A stretch of 64,000 nt of DNA from an uncultured Micavibrio sp. (GTDB lineage Bacteria; Pseudomonadota; Alphaproteobacteria; Micavibrionales; UBA1664): contig CAZHEE010000003.1 in NCBI GenBank assembly GCA_964531715.1, positions 34,989 to 98,988 of the forward strand, read 5' to 3'. The position numbers and the translations under genes are program-made. Shown one piece after another: positions 56,671 through 64,000 of the stretch. Below the pieces are notes generated by a model that had not been told where the DNA came from, searched no databases, and saw only the letters and a list, made by a program, of their open reading frames with translations. How positions within the stretch are numbered: position 1 is the first letter of the stretch; the number at the start of each line of letters is the position of its first letter.

Positions 56671-58561
56671 CCAAACACCACCATCAAAAAGCAACCTTGA
56701 TGCCGAAAATCGCACAAGGTCGGCCTATCGTGCTGTCTCAGGCGATTATGCCGGTGATGCGGATTTCAGCGGCGGCGGGAAAAGCGCGTTAGAAAGCGGG
56801 GATAAGCGCCTTTATCAAAAGCGTAAAAAAATTACGGCGCGCCTGCCTATGCCCCTTCCTGCCGAGACAATGGAACGGCAAGGTTATTTAAGAGGTGCGG
56901 CGGATTCCATTGCCCTTTACCGCCGCTATCATAAGCAACAGATTAATACGACAGTTAACACGCCTCAGGCTCAAGCGATTTTTGACCTGCTAGAACAAGC
57001 GCGATGCGAAGCCCTCGGCATTCGGCAAATGGTCGGCGTTGCCAAAAATCTGTCCGATGCATTAGAGGAAGCCTGCCTTAAAAAAGGCTATGACAAGGCC
57101 GAAGAAGTCTCGCTTGAAGACGGACTTTACGCCCTTGCTTTTGAAGGGTTAAGCCGTCAAAACCTACCGCCAACCGCTCGGCGCGCGGCTCATAAATGGC
57201 GGTTAACGATAGAACGGAAGCTCGGTTTCGGGTCATTCATCAAATTATTTACATTGATTGATAATCAGCAGGATTTCGCCGTTGCGGCCGATGAATTTAT
57301 CGCGCGATTGCTGGACGTGCATCAGGATAATCCGCTGAATACAATGGATGATGTTTCACAAGAAACGGATGAACGCGAAGCTTCTGTCTCCACTCATGAG
57401 GACAATGAAAACGATGAGGAGACTGATTCGCAAGGCGATAATACAGAAGACAGCTATCCCGAAAATTCATCTGGAGGAGGGCAGCAAAGCGGTAGCGATA
57501 AGGGCGGCGATGACACCATGCAAAACCAAACCCCATCAGGTGGTAATGATGAGGGGGACGGGCAAGGCACGGCGGATGACGAAATCACCAGTCAGGACGG
57601 GGTTCTTCCGCAACTTAAATCCGAACTGGACACGCGCAATGCCAATTACGCGGTTTATGCAAATGACTATGATGAAATGACCGACCCGCAAAAGCTTATC
57701 CCTGCGGCGGAATTAAAGGCCTTGAGGGCTCAGCTGGATTCACAACTCCAACCCCTACAAGCAATGATTGGAAAGCTGGCGATTCGATTACAACGCCTAT
57801 TACTGGCACAAAAACAGATGCGATGGGATTATAATCTGGAAGACGGGATTTTGGATACGAGCCGACTGACGCGTATTGTTGTCGACCCGAATCTTGAGCC
57901 GACATATAAAAAGGAAGTGCAATCTAACTTTAAAGATACGGTAATCAGCCTTTTGATTGATAATTCAGGCTCAATGCGCGGGAGGCCCATCACCGTTGCC
58001 GCGCTGACCACCGATATCCTCGCGAAAACTCTGGAGCGTGTCGGCGTGAGTGTTGAGATTCTCGGCTATACCACAGTGAATTGGAAGGGCGGGAAATCGC
58101 GTGCAGAGTGGGTCAAAAATGGTCGCCCGCCAAAGCCTGGTCGCCTCAATGATGTCCGCCATATTATTTATAAAAGCGCGGACATGCCGCTTCGCCGTGC
58201 CAAAAATAATCTCGGTCTGATGCTCAAAGAAGGTATTTTAAAAGAAAATATTGATGGTGAGGCTCTCCTTTGGGCTGCACAAAGGTTAATGCGCAGACGG
58301 GAAGAACGCAAAATCCTGATGGTTGTGTCCGATGGCGCACCGGTTGATGATTCAACGCTTTCGGCAAATAGTTCAGGTTATCTTGAACGGGATTTAACGC
58401 GTGTTATTAATTATATAACGGGACTTAATCAAATCGAGCTGACCGCGATCGGTATCGGGCATGATGTCGGCAAATATTATGACCGCGCGGTCACTATCCG
58501 CGATGTGGCAACACTCCCCGCCGTAATGATGAATGAACTCGCCGAATTATTTGATGAATGA
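56663..58561 (+). CDS. cobT: CobT-like protein with an acidic central region and a C-terminal vWA domain
   Basis: vWA/MIDAS region [14 protein letters not shown] and [14 protein letters not shown] start at 56663, overlapping the cobS stop, is proposed. The ORF track's upstream ATG at 56591 lies inside cobS. Confidence 0.8.
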   Translation: MPDQTPPSKSNLDAENRTRSAYRAVSGDYAGDADFSGGGKSALESGDKRLYQKRKKITARLPMPLPAETMERQGYLRGAADSIALYRRYHKQQINTTVNTPQAQAIFDLLEQARCEALGIRQMVGVAKNLSDALEEACLKKGYDKAEEVSLEDGLYALAFEGLSRQNLPPTARRAAHKWRLTIERKLGFGSFIKLFTLIDNQQDFAVAADEFIARLLDVHQDNPLNTMDDVSQETDEREASVSTHEDNENDEETDSQGDNTEDSYPENSSGGGQQSGSDKGGDDTMQNQTPSGGNDEGDGQGTADDEITSQDGVLPQLKSELDTRNANYAVYANDYDEMTDPQKLIPAAELKALRAQLDSQLQPLQAMIGKLAIRLQRLLLAQKQMRWDYNLEDGILDTSRLTRIVVDPNLEPTYKKEVQSNFKDTVISLLIDNSGSMRGRPITVAALTTDILAKTLERVGVSVEILGYTTVNWKGGKSRAEWVKNGRPPKPGRLNDVRHIIYKSADMPLRRAKNNLGLMLKEGILKENIDGEALLWAAQRLMRRREERKILMVVSDGAPVDDSTLSANSSGYLERDLTRVINYITGLNQIELTAIGIGHDVGKYYDRAVTIRDVATLPAVMMNELAELFDE

Positions 58562-58603
58562 TTCTATCTTTAATTATTTACTCTTATTCGTTATATATTT
58601 TAA

Positions 58604-59944
58604 ATGACTAAAGATAAAAAGCAGATATATAAGCCGAAACCCGTTTCAGGTTTTCCCGAATGGTTGCCGGAGGAGCGATTGGTAGAGCAAAAATGGCTCG
58701 ACCATATTCGGCGCGTTTTTGAATCCTATGGCTACACCAATATAGAGACCCCTGCCGCAGAAGAAATTAATGTCCTGACCGCCAAGGGGGAGACGGATAA
58801 GGAAATTTATACACTCACACGCCTGCAAGCGGATGAAAGTGACACGAAAGAAGCGCGAATTGGGCTTCATTTCGACCAGACAGTACCGCTTGCCCGTTAT
58901 ACGGCCATGCATTTTAATGAGCTGGACTTCCCGTTCAAACGCTATGCCATGCAAAAAGTCTGGCGTGGGGAGAGACCTCAACTTGGGCGCATGAGGGAGT
59001 TTTATCAGTGCGATATTGATGTCATTCATGTTGATCACTTGCCGCTGCATTTCGATGCGGAAATGCCCGCCGTCATTTATGAAGTTTTTAAGGGACTTGA
59101 TATCGGGCGGATTCAGATACGGATTTCAAATCGGAAGATTTTGCTTGGGCTGTTAGAGGCTCTGAACATAAATGATGTTGTGCCGATTACACGCACCGTT
59201 GATAAGCTTGATAAACTTGGGAAGGATGAGGTCAGCCGCCTCTTGGTTAAAGAATGTGGTCTAAGTGAAGAGCAAGCCTCATGCATTTTAGAGCTTGTTA
59301 CACTTCAAATAACAACGCAATCATTCGATGTATTGCTTCACGATTTCATTGCTCGCAATGACGTCATTGCGAGGAGCGATAGCGACGCGGCAATCCATAC
59401 AATGCAAGAAGGCATAGAAGAACTCTCTTTCATACTCGACCAACTCTCACACCTGCCCGAGGGGGCGGTTGTTGCAGATTTATCTATCGTACGCGGCTTG
59501 GATTACTACACTGGAACCGTTTATGAAACGCGTCTGCTCGATATTCCCGAATTCACCTCCAGTGTGTGTTCAGGCGGTCGCTATGATGATTTGGCAGGAA
59601 GCTATATTAACAAGCACCTGCCTGGCGTTGGTATTTCAATCGGATTTACGCGCCTGTTCGATGTATTGCGTCATAATGGATATATAAAAACGGATAAGAA
59701 ATGCCCGACAGATATCCTTGTGATTTTACCTGAAGAAGACATGCGCACAAAAGCGCAAGACCACGCCGCAACCCTGCGCAAACAAGGTAAAAATGTTGAG
59801 GTATATCACGCCCCTCAAAAAATCGGGAAGCAAATTGCCTATGCCGAAAAGAAAGGTATTCCTTATGTTTACTTCCCTGACTTAGGCGAAATGAAAAACC
59901 TTGAAACAGGTGAACAATCAGAATACAACTTGAACAGTCGATAA
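58604..59944 (+). CDS. hisS: histidine--tRNA ligase
   Basis: GFPEWLPEE N-terminus, class II motifs (MQKVWRGERPQLGRMREFYQCDID; GGRYDDL) and an anticodon-binding C-terminus. Confidence 0.9.
   Translation: MTKDKKQIYKPKPVSGFPEWLPEERLVEQKWLDHIRRVFESYGYTNIETPAAEEINVLTAKGETDKEIYTLTRLQADESDTKEARIGLHFDQTVPLARYTAMHFNELDFPFKRYAMQKVWRGERPQLGRMREFYQCDIDVIHVDHLPLHFDAEMPAVIYEVFKGLDIGRIQIRISNRKILLGLLEALNINDVVPITRTVDKLDKLGKDEVSRLLVKECGLSEEQASCILELVTLQITTQSFDVLLHDFIARNDVIARSDSDAAIHTMQEGIEELSFILDQLSHLPEGAVVADLSIVRGLDYYTGTVYETRLLDIPEFTSSVCSGGRYDDLAGSYINKHLPGVGISIGFTRLFDVLRHNGYIKTDKKCPTDILVILPEEDMRTKAQDHAATLRKQGKNVEVYHAPQKIGKQIAYAEKKGIPYVYFPDLGEMKNLETGEQSEYNLNSR
59352..59400. repeat. hairpin-repeat sequence embedded in frame in hisS
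   Basis: Perfect 22-bp palindrome CTCGCAATGAC|GTCATTGCGAG (59352-59373), followed by GAGCGATAGCGACGCGGCAATCCATAC. It translates as ARNDVIARSDSDAAIHT. Confidence 0.65.
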
Positions 59945-59951
59945 TTTATTC

Positions 59952-60689
59952 ATGCAAAGCCTGTCAATCATTGGGGTCGGCGCTTTTGGTGAACTGGCCT
60001 ATACACATTTAAAAGCGCATTTTAAATTAACACTCTACGATGCGCATAAAAATTTAAGCTGTTTTGTAGACTGTCATATAGCCAAAACAATTCAAGAAAC
60101 TTGCGGCAATGATATTATTCTTTTTTGCATACCAGTTCAGGCAATGGAGGGAACATTACGAGCAATCGCGCCGTTTTTAAAAAATGGTCAATTGGTTATG
60201 GATGTCGGCTCAGTCAAAACGAAGCCTGCACAATGGATGGCGGAGATCTTACCGGACACTGTTGATATAATTGCCACTCATCCTGTTTTTGGTCCAGAGA
60301 GTGCTAAAAAAGGGCTTGAGGGTGCTAATATCGTGCTTTGCAACATCCGCGGAGATCGTAAAAACTGCGTTCGAAACTTTCTTGAACAAAATTTTGCCTT
60401 CAATATTATCGAAAGCAGTGTTGAAGAGCATGATCGCGAAATGGCTTATGTTCAAGGGCTTACTCATATGATTGCCAAAATTTACAAGCTGATGAATGTC
60501 CCTCAAATGACGCAGACCAGTCGGACTTATGACCATTTGCTTGCGATGGTTGAACTTATCAAAAATGATAGTGACGAATTATTTCGTACTATACAAACCG
60601 AAAATCCTTACGTTGATCAGGTCAAGGCGGATTTCTTCGCCCATGTAAAATCTCTTGAAAAAACTTTACATGAGCCTCGGGAGTCTTAA
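59952..60689 (+). CDS. prephenate/arogenate dehydrogenase family protein
   Basis: NAD motif IIGVGAFG and the THPVFGPES motif. Confidence 0.75.
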   Translation: MQSLSIIGVGAFGELAYTHLKAHFKLTLYDAHKNLSCFVDCHIAKTIQETCGNDIILFCIPVQAMEGTLRAIAPFLKNGQLVMDVGSVKTKPAQWMAEILPDTVDIIATHPVFGPESAKKGLEGANIVLCNIRGDRKNCVRNFLEQNFAFNIIESSVEEHDREMAYVQGLTHMIAKIYKLMNVPQMTQTSRTYDHLLAMVELIKNDSDELFRTIQTENPYVDQVKADFFAHVKSLEKTLHEPRES

Positions 60690-60722
60690 ACTGTCCCAAA
60701 ATATAAATTGAAGGACTCATAA

Positions 60723-61670
60723 ATGAAAACAGCTTTTATTTTCCCTGGGCAAGGCAGCCAGACACTCAGCATGGGACGCGAATTGGCAGATGCTTTTCCT
60801 TTGGCGCGTGAGGTCTTTGAAGAGGTCAATGACGCACTGGACATGAACCTTACAAACATTATATGGGGGGAGGATCAGGAAGCGCTCAATTTGACTGAGA
60901 ATACACAACCCGCGCTTATGGCGTCCTCTCTAGCCGTCACTCGCGTTTTGGAAAAAGAAGGCGGCTTTAAGCTTCATGATAAGGCAACACATGTTGCGGG
61001 GCATTCCTTGGGCGAATATTCCGCGCTGACGGCTGTTCATGCCTTCACATTGGCGGATGCAGCAAGATTGCTGCAACTCAGGGGGCAAGCGATGCAACGC
61101 GCCGTCCCTGTCGGTGTTGGGGCGATGGCGGCGATTATTGGGCTGTCATTTGCAGAAGTGGACGCCATTACTAAGCAAGTCGCAAATGAGGATTTTGTAT
61201 GTCAGGCGGCGAATGATAATGCGGATGGGCAAACGGTGATTTCAGGGCATAAAGAAGCGGTCGAGGCCGCGATGGCTTTAGCAAATGAGAAAGGCGCGAA
61301 ACGCGCGCTTCTCCTCCCCGTGTCTGCGCCGTTTCATTGTGCCTTGATGGAACCGGCGGCCAAAGAAATGGCGGAGGCTTTAGCACAAATAGATATTCAT
61401 GCGCCTGCCTTGCCTTGTATTGCCAATGTCACGGCAAAGCCAGAAAATGAGCCTGATACCATCCGCAATTTATTGGTTGAGCAAATGACAGGCCGCGTTC
61501 GCTGGCGGGAGTCGGTTCACACGCTTGCAAATTTAGGCGTTGAACGCGCGGTTGAACTCGGCACGGGTAAAGTGCTATGCGGTTTAATTAAAAGAACTGA
61601 TAAAACAATCACGACGATGAATGCCGAGACGCCAAAGGATATAGAGGCTTTACTAGAGGTTTTGACTTAA
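60723..61670 (+). CDS. fabD: malonyl-CoA:ACP transacylase
   Basis: AFIFPGQGSQ and active site GHSLGEYSAL. Confidence 0.93.
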   Translation: MKTAFIFPGQGSQTLSMGRELADAFPLAREVFEEVNDALDMNLTNIIWGEDQEALNLTENTQPALMASSLAVTRVLEKEGGFKLHDKATHVAGHSLGEYSALTAVHAFTLADAARLLQLRGQAMQRAVPVGVGAMAAIIGLSFAEVDAITKQVANEDFVCQAANDNADGQTVISGHKEAVEAAMALANEKGAKRALLLPVSAPFHCALMEPAAKEMAEALAQIDIHAPALPCIANVTAKPENEPDTIRNLLVEQMTGRVRWRESVHTLANLGVERAVELGTGKVLCGLIKRTDKTITTMNAETPKDIEALLEVLT

Positions 61671-61673
61671 AAT

Positions 61674-62222
61674 TTAATCCAGAATTTTGTAGAAATATTT
61701 ACCTGCAACATAATGCCCATTGATATAAGCATAGGCAGGATGCGTTGCATAGTTTTCATAACTGAGCGATTGATAAAGCTTAATCGCGGCTTCTTGCGTT
61801 TCACGAACATCCAGATTAATAACAGTTTTACCCATCACGCGCGCTTGCTGCTCAACCCTATTGACAAGCATTCGGGCAAGTCCATATTCCCGCGCCCATG
61901 GGGCGACGAAATGGCTGGTCAAATGAACGGCATGGGATTGTGCCTGATTATGTTGCGGTGAATGAACCATTTGAACCGTACCGCAAATCACACCATCAAG
62001 CCGCGCCAGAAAGACATCACGATTAGGCATTATAATCGCACCCTGCCAATACCTCTCCATAATTTCACGGGCAGGTAAATCGACCCAGCCAAACCCACCG
62101 CCATCGGCAATGGCATCATCGGTCGCATCGCATAAATCATTCAGATCATTTTCGGACAATTTTTGAGTCACATAATCGATCGTTAATTCAGGTGGAAGTT
62201 GTTTTTTCAGCGACTGTGACAA
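61674..62222 (-). CDS. GNAT-family N-acetyltransferase
   Basis: V.P..R..GLAR.L......QA...G motif A region (VAPWAREYGLARMLVNRVEQQARVMG). Confidence 0.75.
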   Translation of the reverse strand: MSQSLKKQLPPELTIDYVTQKLSENDLNDLCDATDDAIADGGGFGWVDLPAREIMERYWQGAIIMPNRDVFLARLDGVICGTVQMVHSPQHNQAQSHAVHLTSHFVAPWAREYGLARMLVNRVEQQARVMGKTVINLDVRETQEAAIKLYQSLSYENYATHPAYAYINGHYVAGKYFYKILD

Positions 62223-62499
62223 TCAATCTATCCTTTATAAAATACAAAGTAAAAATTATATTAGCTTGCTTATATCAGAAGATCATAAAAAAGTGAATAT
62301 TTTTATAATCTTTATTCAAATTCGTAGTGAATTATTTTTAAAACGTTTTTTATAGTCATAGAGTTTTATCGTAAATATAATAAATTTTGGGTTTAAGTAT
62401 TTAAGAATTAACATTTTAAGTGTTTATAGAGAATTTTGTAACATTGAGCTTTATTTTACGACTTTTGTGAGGCGGTATACATGGCAATATACTTCTTGA

Positions 62500-62612
62500 C
62501 TTGAGTTTGTTTCGAAACGCATCGCTATGTGATATGATAGGCAAGCCCACACTTTCCTCTCTGCAATACAAATCGACGCCACCGTTATCTTTTATTTATG
62601 AGTCCTGAGCTT
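62500..62612 (+). mobile_element. 3'-terminal fragment of a second copy of the IS5-family element
   Basis: ATGTGATATGATAGGCAAGCCCACACTTTCCTCTCTGCAATACAAA...TTTATGAGTCCTGAGCTT aligns with 2851-2938 (ATGAGATACGACAGACAACCCCACACTTTCTTCTCCGCAATACAAA...TGTATGAGTCCTGCGCCT). Confidence 0.7.
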
Positions 62613-62615
62613 AGA

Positions 62616-63275
62616 TTATTTTACAGGCTTATCAACACGGACGGGGAGGTCAGTGACAAGCGGGTCGTCTTCCATCATTTCAATCATACCAGATGGCTGA
62701 ACCGCAAAATTAGACAGGAACAGCGCGTTTGAATAAAACACAATCGCATCACATAAATAATGCCCGTCGGCGTTCTTCCCCTCATAGGATGCCGGGCGTA
62801 GAACACCTTCAATCGCTTTCATCGTGGTGTCATCGGCTTGCGGCAGACCGTAGCTTTCCATCGTTTCGGAAATCAGGAATGGACCTTCATCCCCACGCAC
62901 GAAAAAGCAGAAAAATCGTAAGTAATCCAGTACATTATCCTCTGTTACCTTTATCGGCGCCTCAGCATTCATCATATGAATAGGCGGGCTTGTCCCGTCA
63001 AGGCGTGTCAACTCACCTTTATTTGTCAGGTAATAAATACTCATATGGGATGGATCCCAGTTCGGGTCACGCAAACGGACAAGTGCCACCTGCTTATAAA
63101 AAGGCAGCTGCCGCCAATGAACTTCTGTCGTATCAACAGAAGGCGTATGCTTGCCGTCAATCGGACCGCTCGTTGTGACCTTATCGAAAAATCCCTGCTT
63201 TTCGTTATCTTTGACCGTATGCCATAAATCATCATCATGCAGGGCAAAACTGATCTTCGTTTTTGTGTCGCTCAT
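62616..63275 (-). CDS. hypothetical 219-aa protein
   Basis: Clean ORF with typical codon usage. No family recognised. Confidence 0.55.
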   Translation of the reverse strand: MSDTKTKISFALHDDDLWHTVKDNEKQGFFDKVTTSGPIDGKHTPSVDTTEVHWRQLPFYKQVALVRLRDPNWDPSHMSIYYLTNKGELTRLDGTSPPIHMMNAEAPIKVTEDNVLDYLRFFCFFVRGDEGPFLISETMESYGLPQADDTTMKAIEGVLRPASYEGKNADGHYLCDAIVFYSNALFLSNFAVQPSGMIEMMEDDPLVTDLPVRVDKPVK

Positions 63276-63397
63276 ATGAAAGAGTATCCTTTTTTAAAAG
63301 TATAATAAGAAACCTGTCGCGGAAGGGCAAGCAAGTATTTGACAAATCCTGCATCAATGATTATAAGAACACAAAGTTTAAAAAAGGATTAAATATT

Positions 63398-63532
63398 ATG
63401 AAACGCACTTTCCAACCTTCAAACCTCGTTCGCAAGCGTCGCCACGGTTTTCGTGCGCGTATGGCTGACCGCCATGGTCGTAAGATTTTAAACGCCCGCC
63501 GTGCAAAAGGGCGTAAGCGTTTGAGTGCCTGA
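63398..63532 (+). CDS. rpmH: 50S ribosomal protein L34
   Basis: [44 protein letters not shown]. The ORF-track entry starts too far upstream. Confidence 0.97.
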   Translation: MKRTFQPSNLVRKRRHGFRARMADRHGRKILNARRAKGRKRLSA

Positions 63533-63893
63533 TACAGCTTCGCAAGCAGATATAAAGTTAAAAACAGGCCGTTTGAAGAAGCGGCCTGAATTTTTATATG
63601 TGTCCAGAAACGGAAAAAAATGGGTATCGAATATGGTTATTATCCAAATGGTTGAAACTGATAACGGACAAATCCGCGTTGGCTACACGGCAACAAAGAA
63701 AATCGGTAATGCGGTTGCCCGTAATCGCGCGAAAAGACGATTGAGAGCCGCTATGGATGAGATTGTAAAGAACCATGATTTAAAGCCCGCAGATATTGTC
63801 CTCATCGCGCGGGATACAACGGCGAGCTGTGAGTGGAGCGACCTCCTCAAAAACCTAAAATGGTGTTTGAAGAGGTTGGATTTGTTGTTATAG
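63525..63893 (+). CDS. rnpA: ribonuclease P protein component
   Basis: RLKKRPEFL...[22 protein letters not shown] motif. GTG start overlapping the rpmH stop. Confidence 0.88.
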   Translation: MPDTASQADIKLKTGRLKKRPEFLYVSRNGKKWVSNMVIIQMVETDNGQIRVGYTATKKIGNAVARNRAKRRLRAAMDEIVKNHDLKPADIVLIARDTTASCEWSDLLKNLKWCLKRLDLLL

Positions 63894-63931
63894 TCTTAGC
63901 TTCGAGACTCACAGGTTATATCCAATAGCAT

Positions 63932-64000
63932 ATGATGGCTGCCAAGAAATTACGGCTTAGCTTCATCGTATTGACCAGTTTCGTGTTGCGACCCTTCTCC
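63932..64000 (+). CDS. start of an unidentified ORF running out of the window (yidD/yidC expected from position only)
   Basis: ATG at 63932, open to the window end (MMAAKKLRLSFIVLTSFVLRPFS). Too short to identify. Confidence 0.2.
   Translation, partial: MMAAKKLRLSFIVLTSFVLRPFS

Noticed and set aside
62380-62420. Several TTAA pairs that might form a CtrA box (TTAA-N7-TTAA) near the rpmH-rnpA end of the window.
   Set aside because: The spacings are 3-5 nt rather than 7, and the region is simply very AT-rich. No DnaA-box cluster was seen either.

Overview
A 64 kb chromosomal segment with moderately low GC. Gene content looks alphaproteobacterial (inference): PutA, COX15/CtaA, a CobS/CobT pair, a TIGR02300 FYDLN-acid protein, a DUF1476 zeta-like protein, RNase E with an acidic insert, and accD-folC and rpmH-rnpA synteny. 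Most of the window is housekeeping: nrdA (5' part), tRNA-Leu, polA, putA, dapF, mtaB, pyrF, accD, folC, nadK, pyrE, ctaA, amiC, rne, serA, recR, thiolase, cobS/cobT, hisS, tyrA-like, fabD, rpmH and rnpA. Accessory content: (1) an AT-rich Wzx/Wzy-type polysaccharide synthesis locus (18.8-25.7 kb) and a separate Wza/OMP/Wzc-like export locus (51.6-55.6 kb). (2) An intact IS1595-family element with 8-bp target duplications and a co-translated passenger gene (44.6-46.7 kb). (3) A decayed IS5-family copy (2.2-2.9 kb) and a terminal fragment of a second copy (62.5 kb). (4) An orphan T7-type portal plus scaffold operon lying divergent from a CI/LexA-like S24 repressor (29.6-34.3 kb). The most interesting signals are these. 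A 15-nt motif, TAGG(A/C)ATATAGTCCT, occurs in the promoters of the repressor gene, the phage-derived operon and nrdA, which suggests a small, non-canonical, damage-type regulon. Several families of GC-rich or hairpin repeat elements sit in intergenic DNA and also in frame inside essential genes (polA, mtaB, hisS). polA is additionally broken by a 28-nt GC-rich segment flanked by 9-nt direct repeats, and removing that segment exactly restores the reading frame. Several other genes are broken (a LysE family gene, a methyltransferase, an outer-membrane protein gene with an in-frame TAG). At least two of these breaks fall at homopolymer runs, so sequencing error versus real decay must be resolved. 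No CRISPR array and no rRNA were seen.
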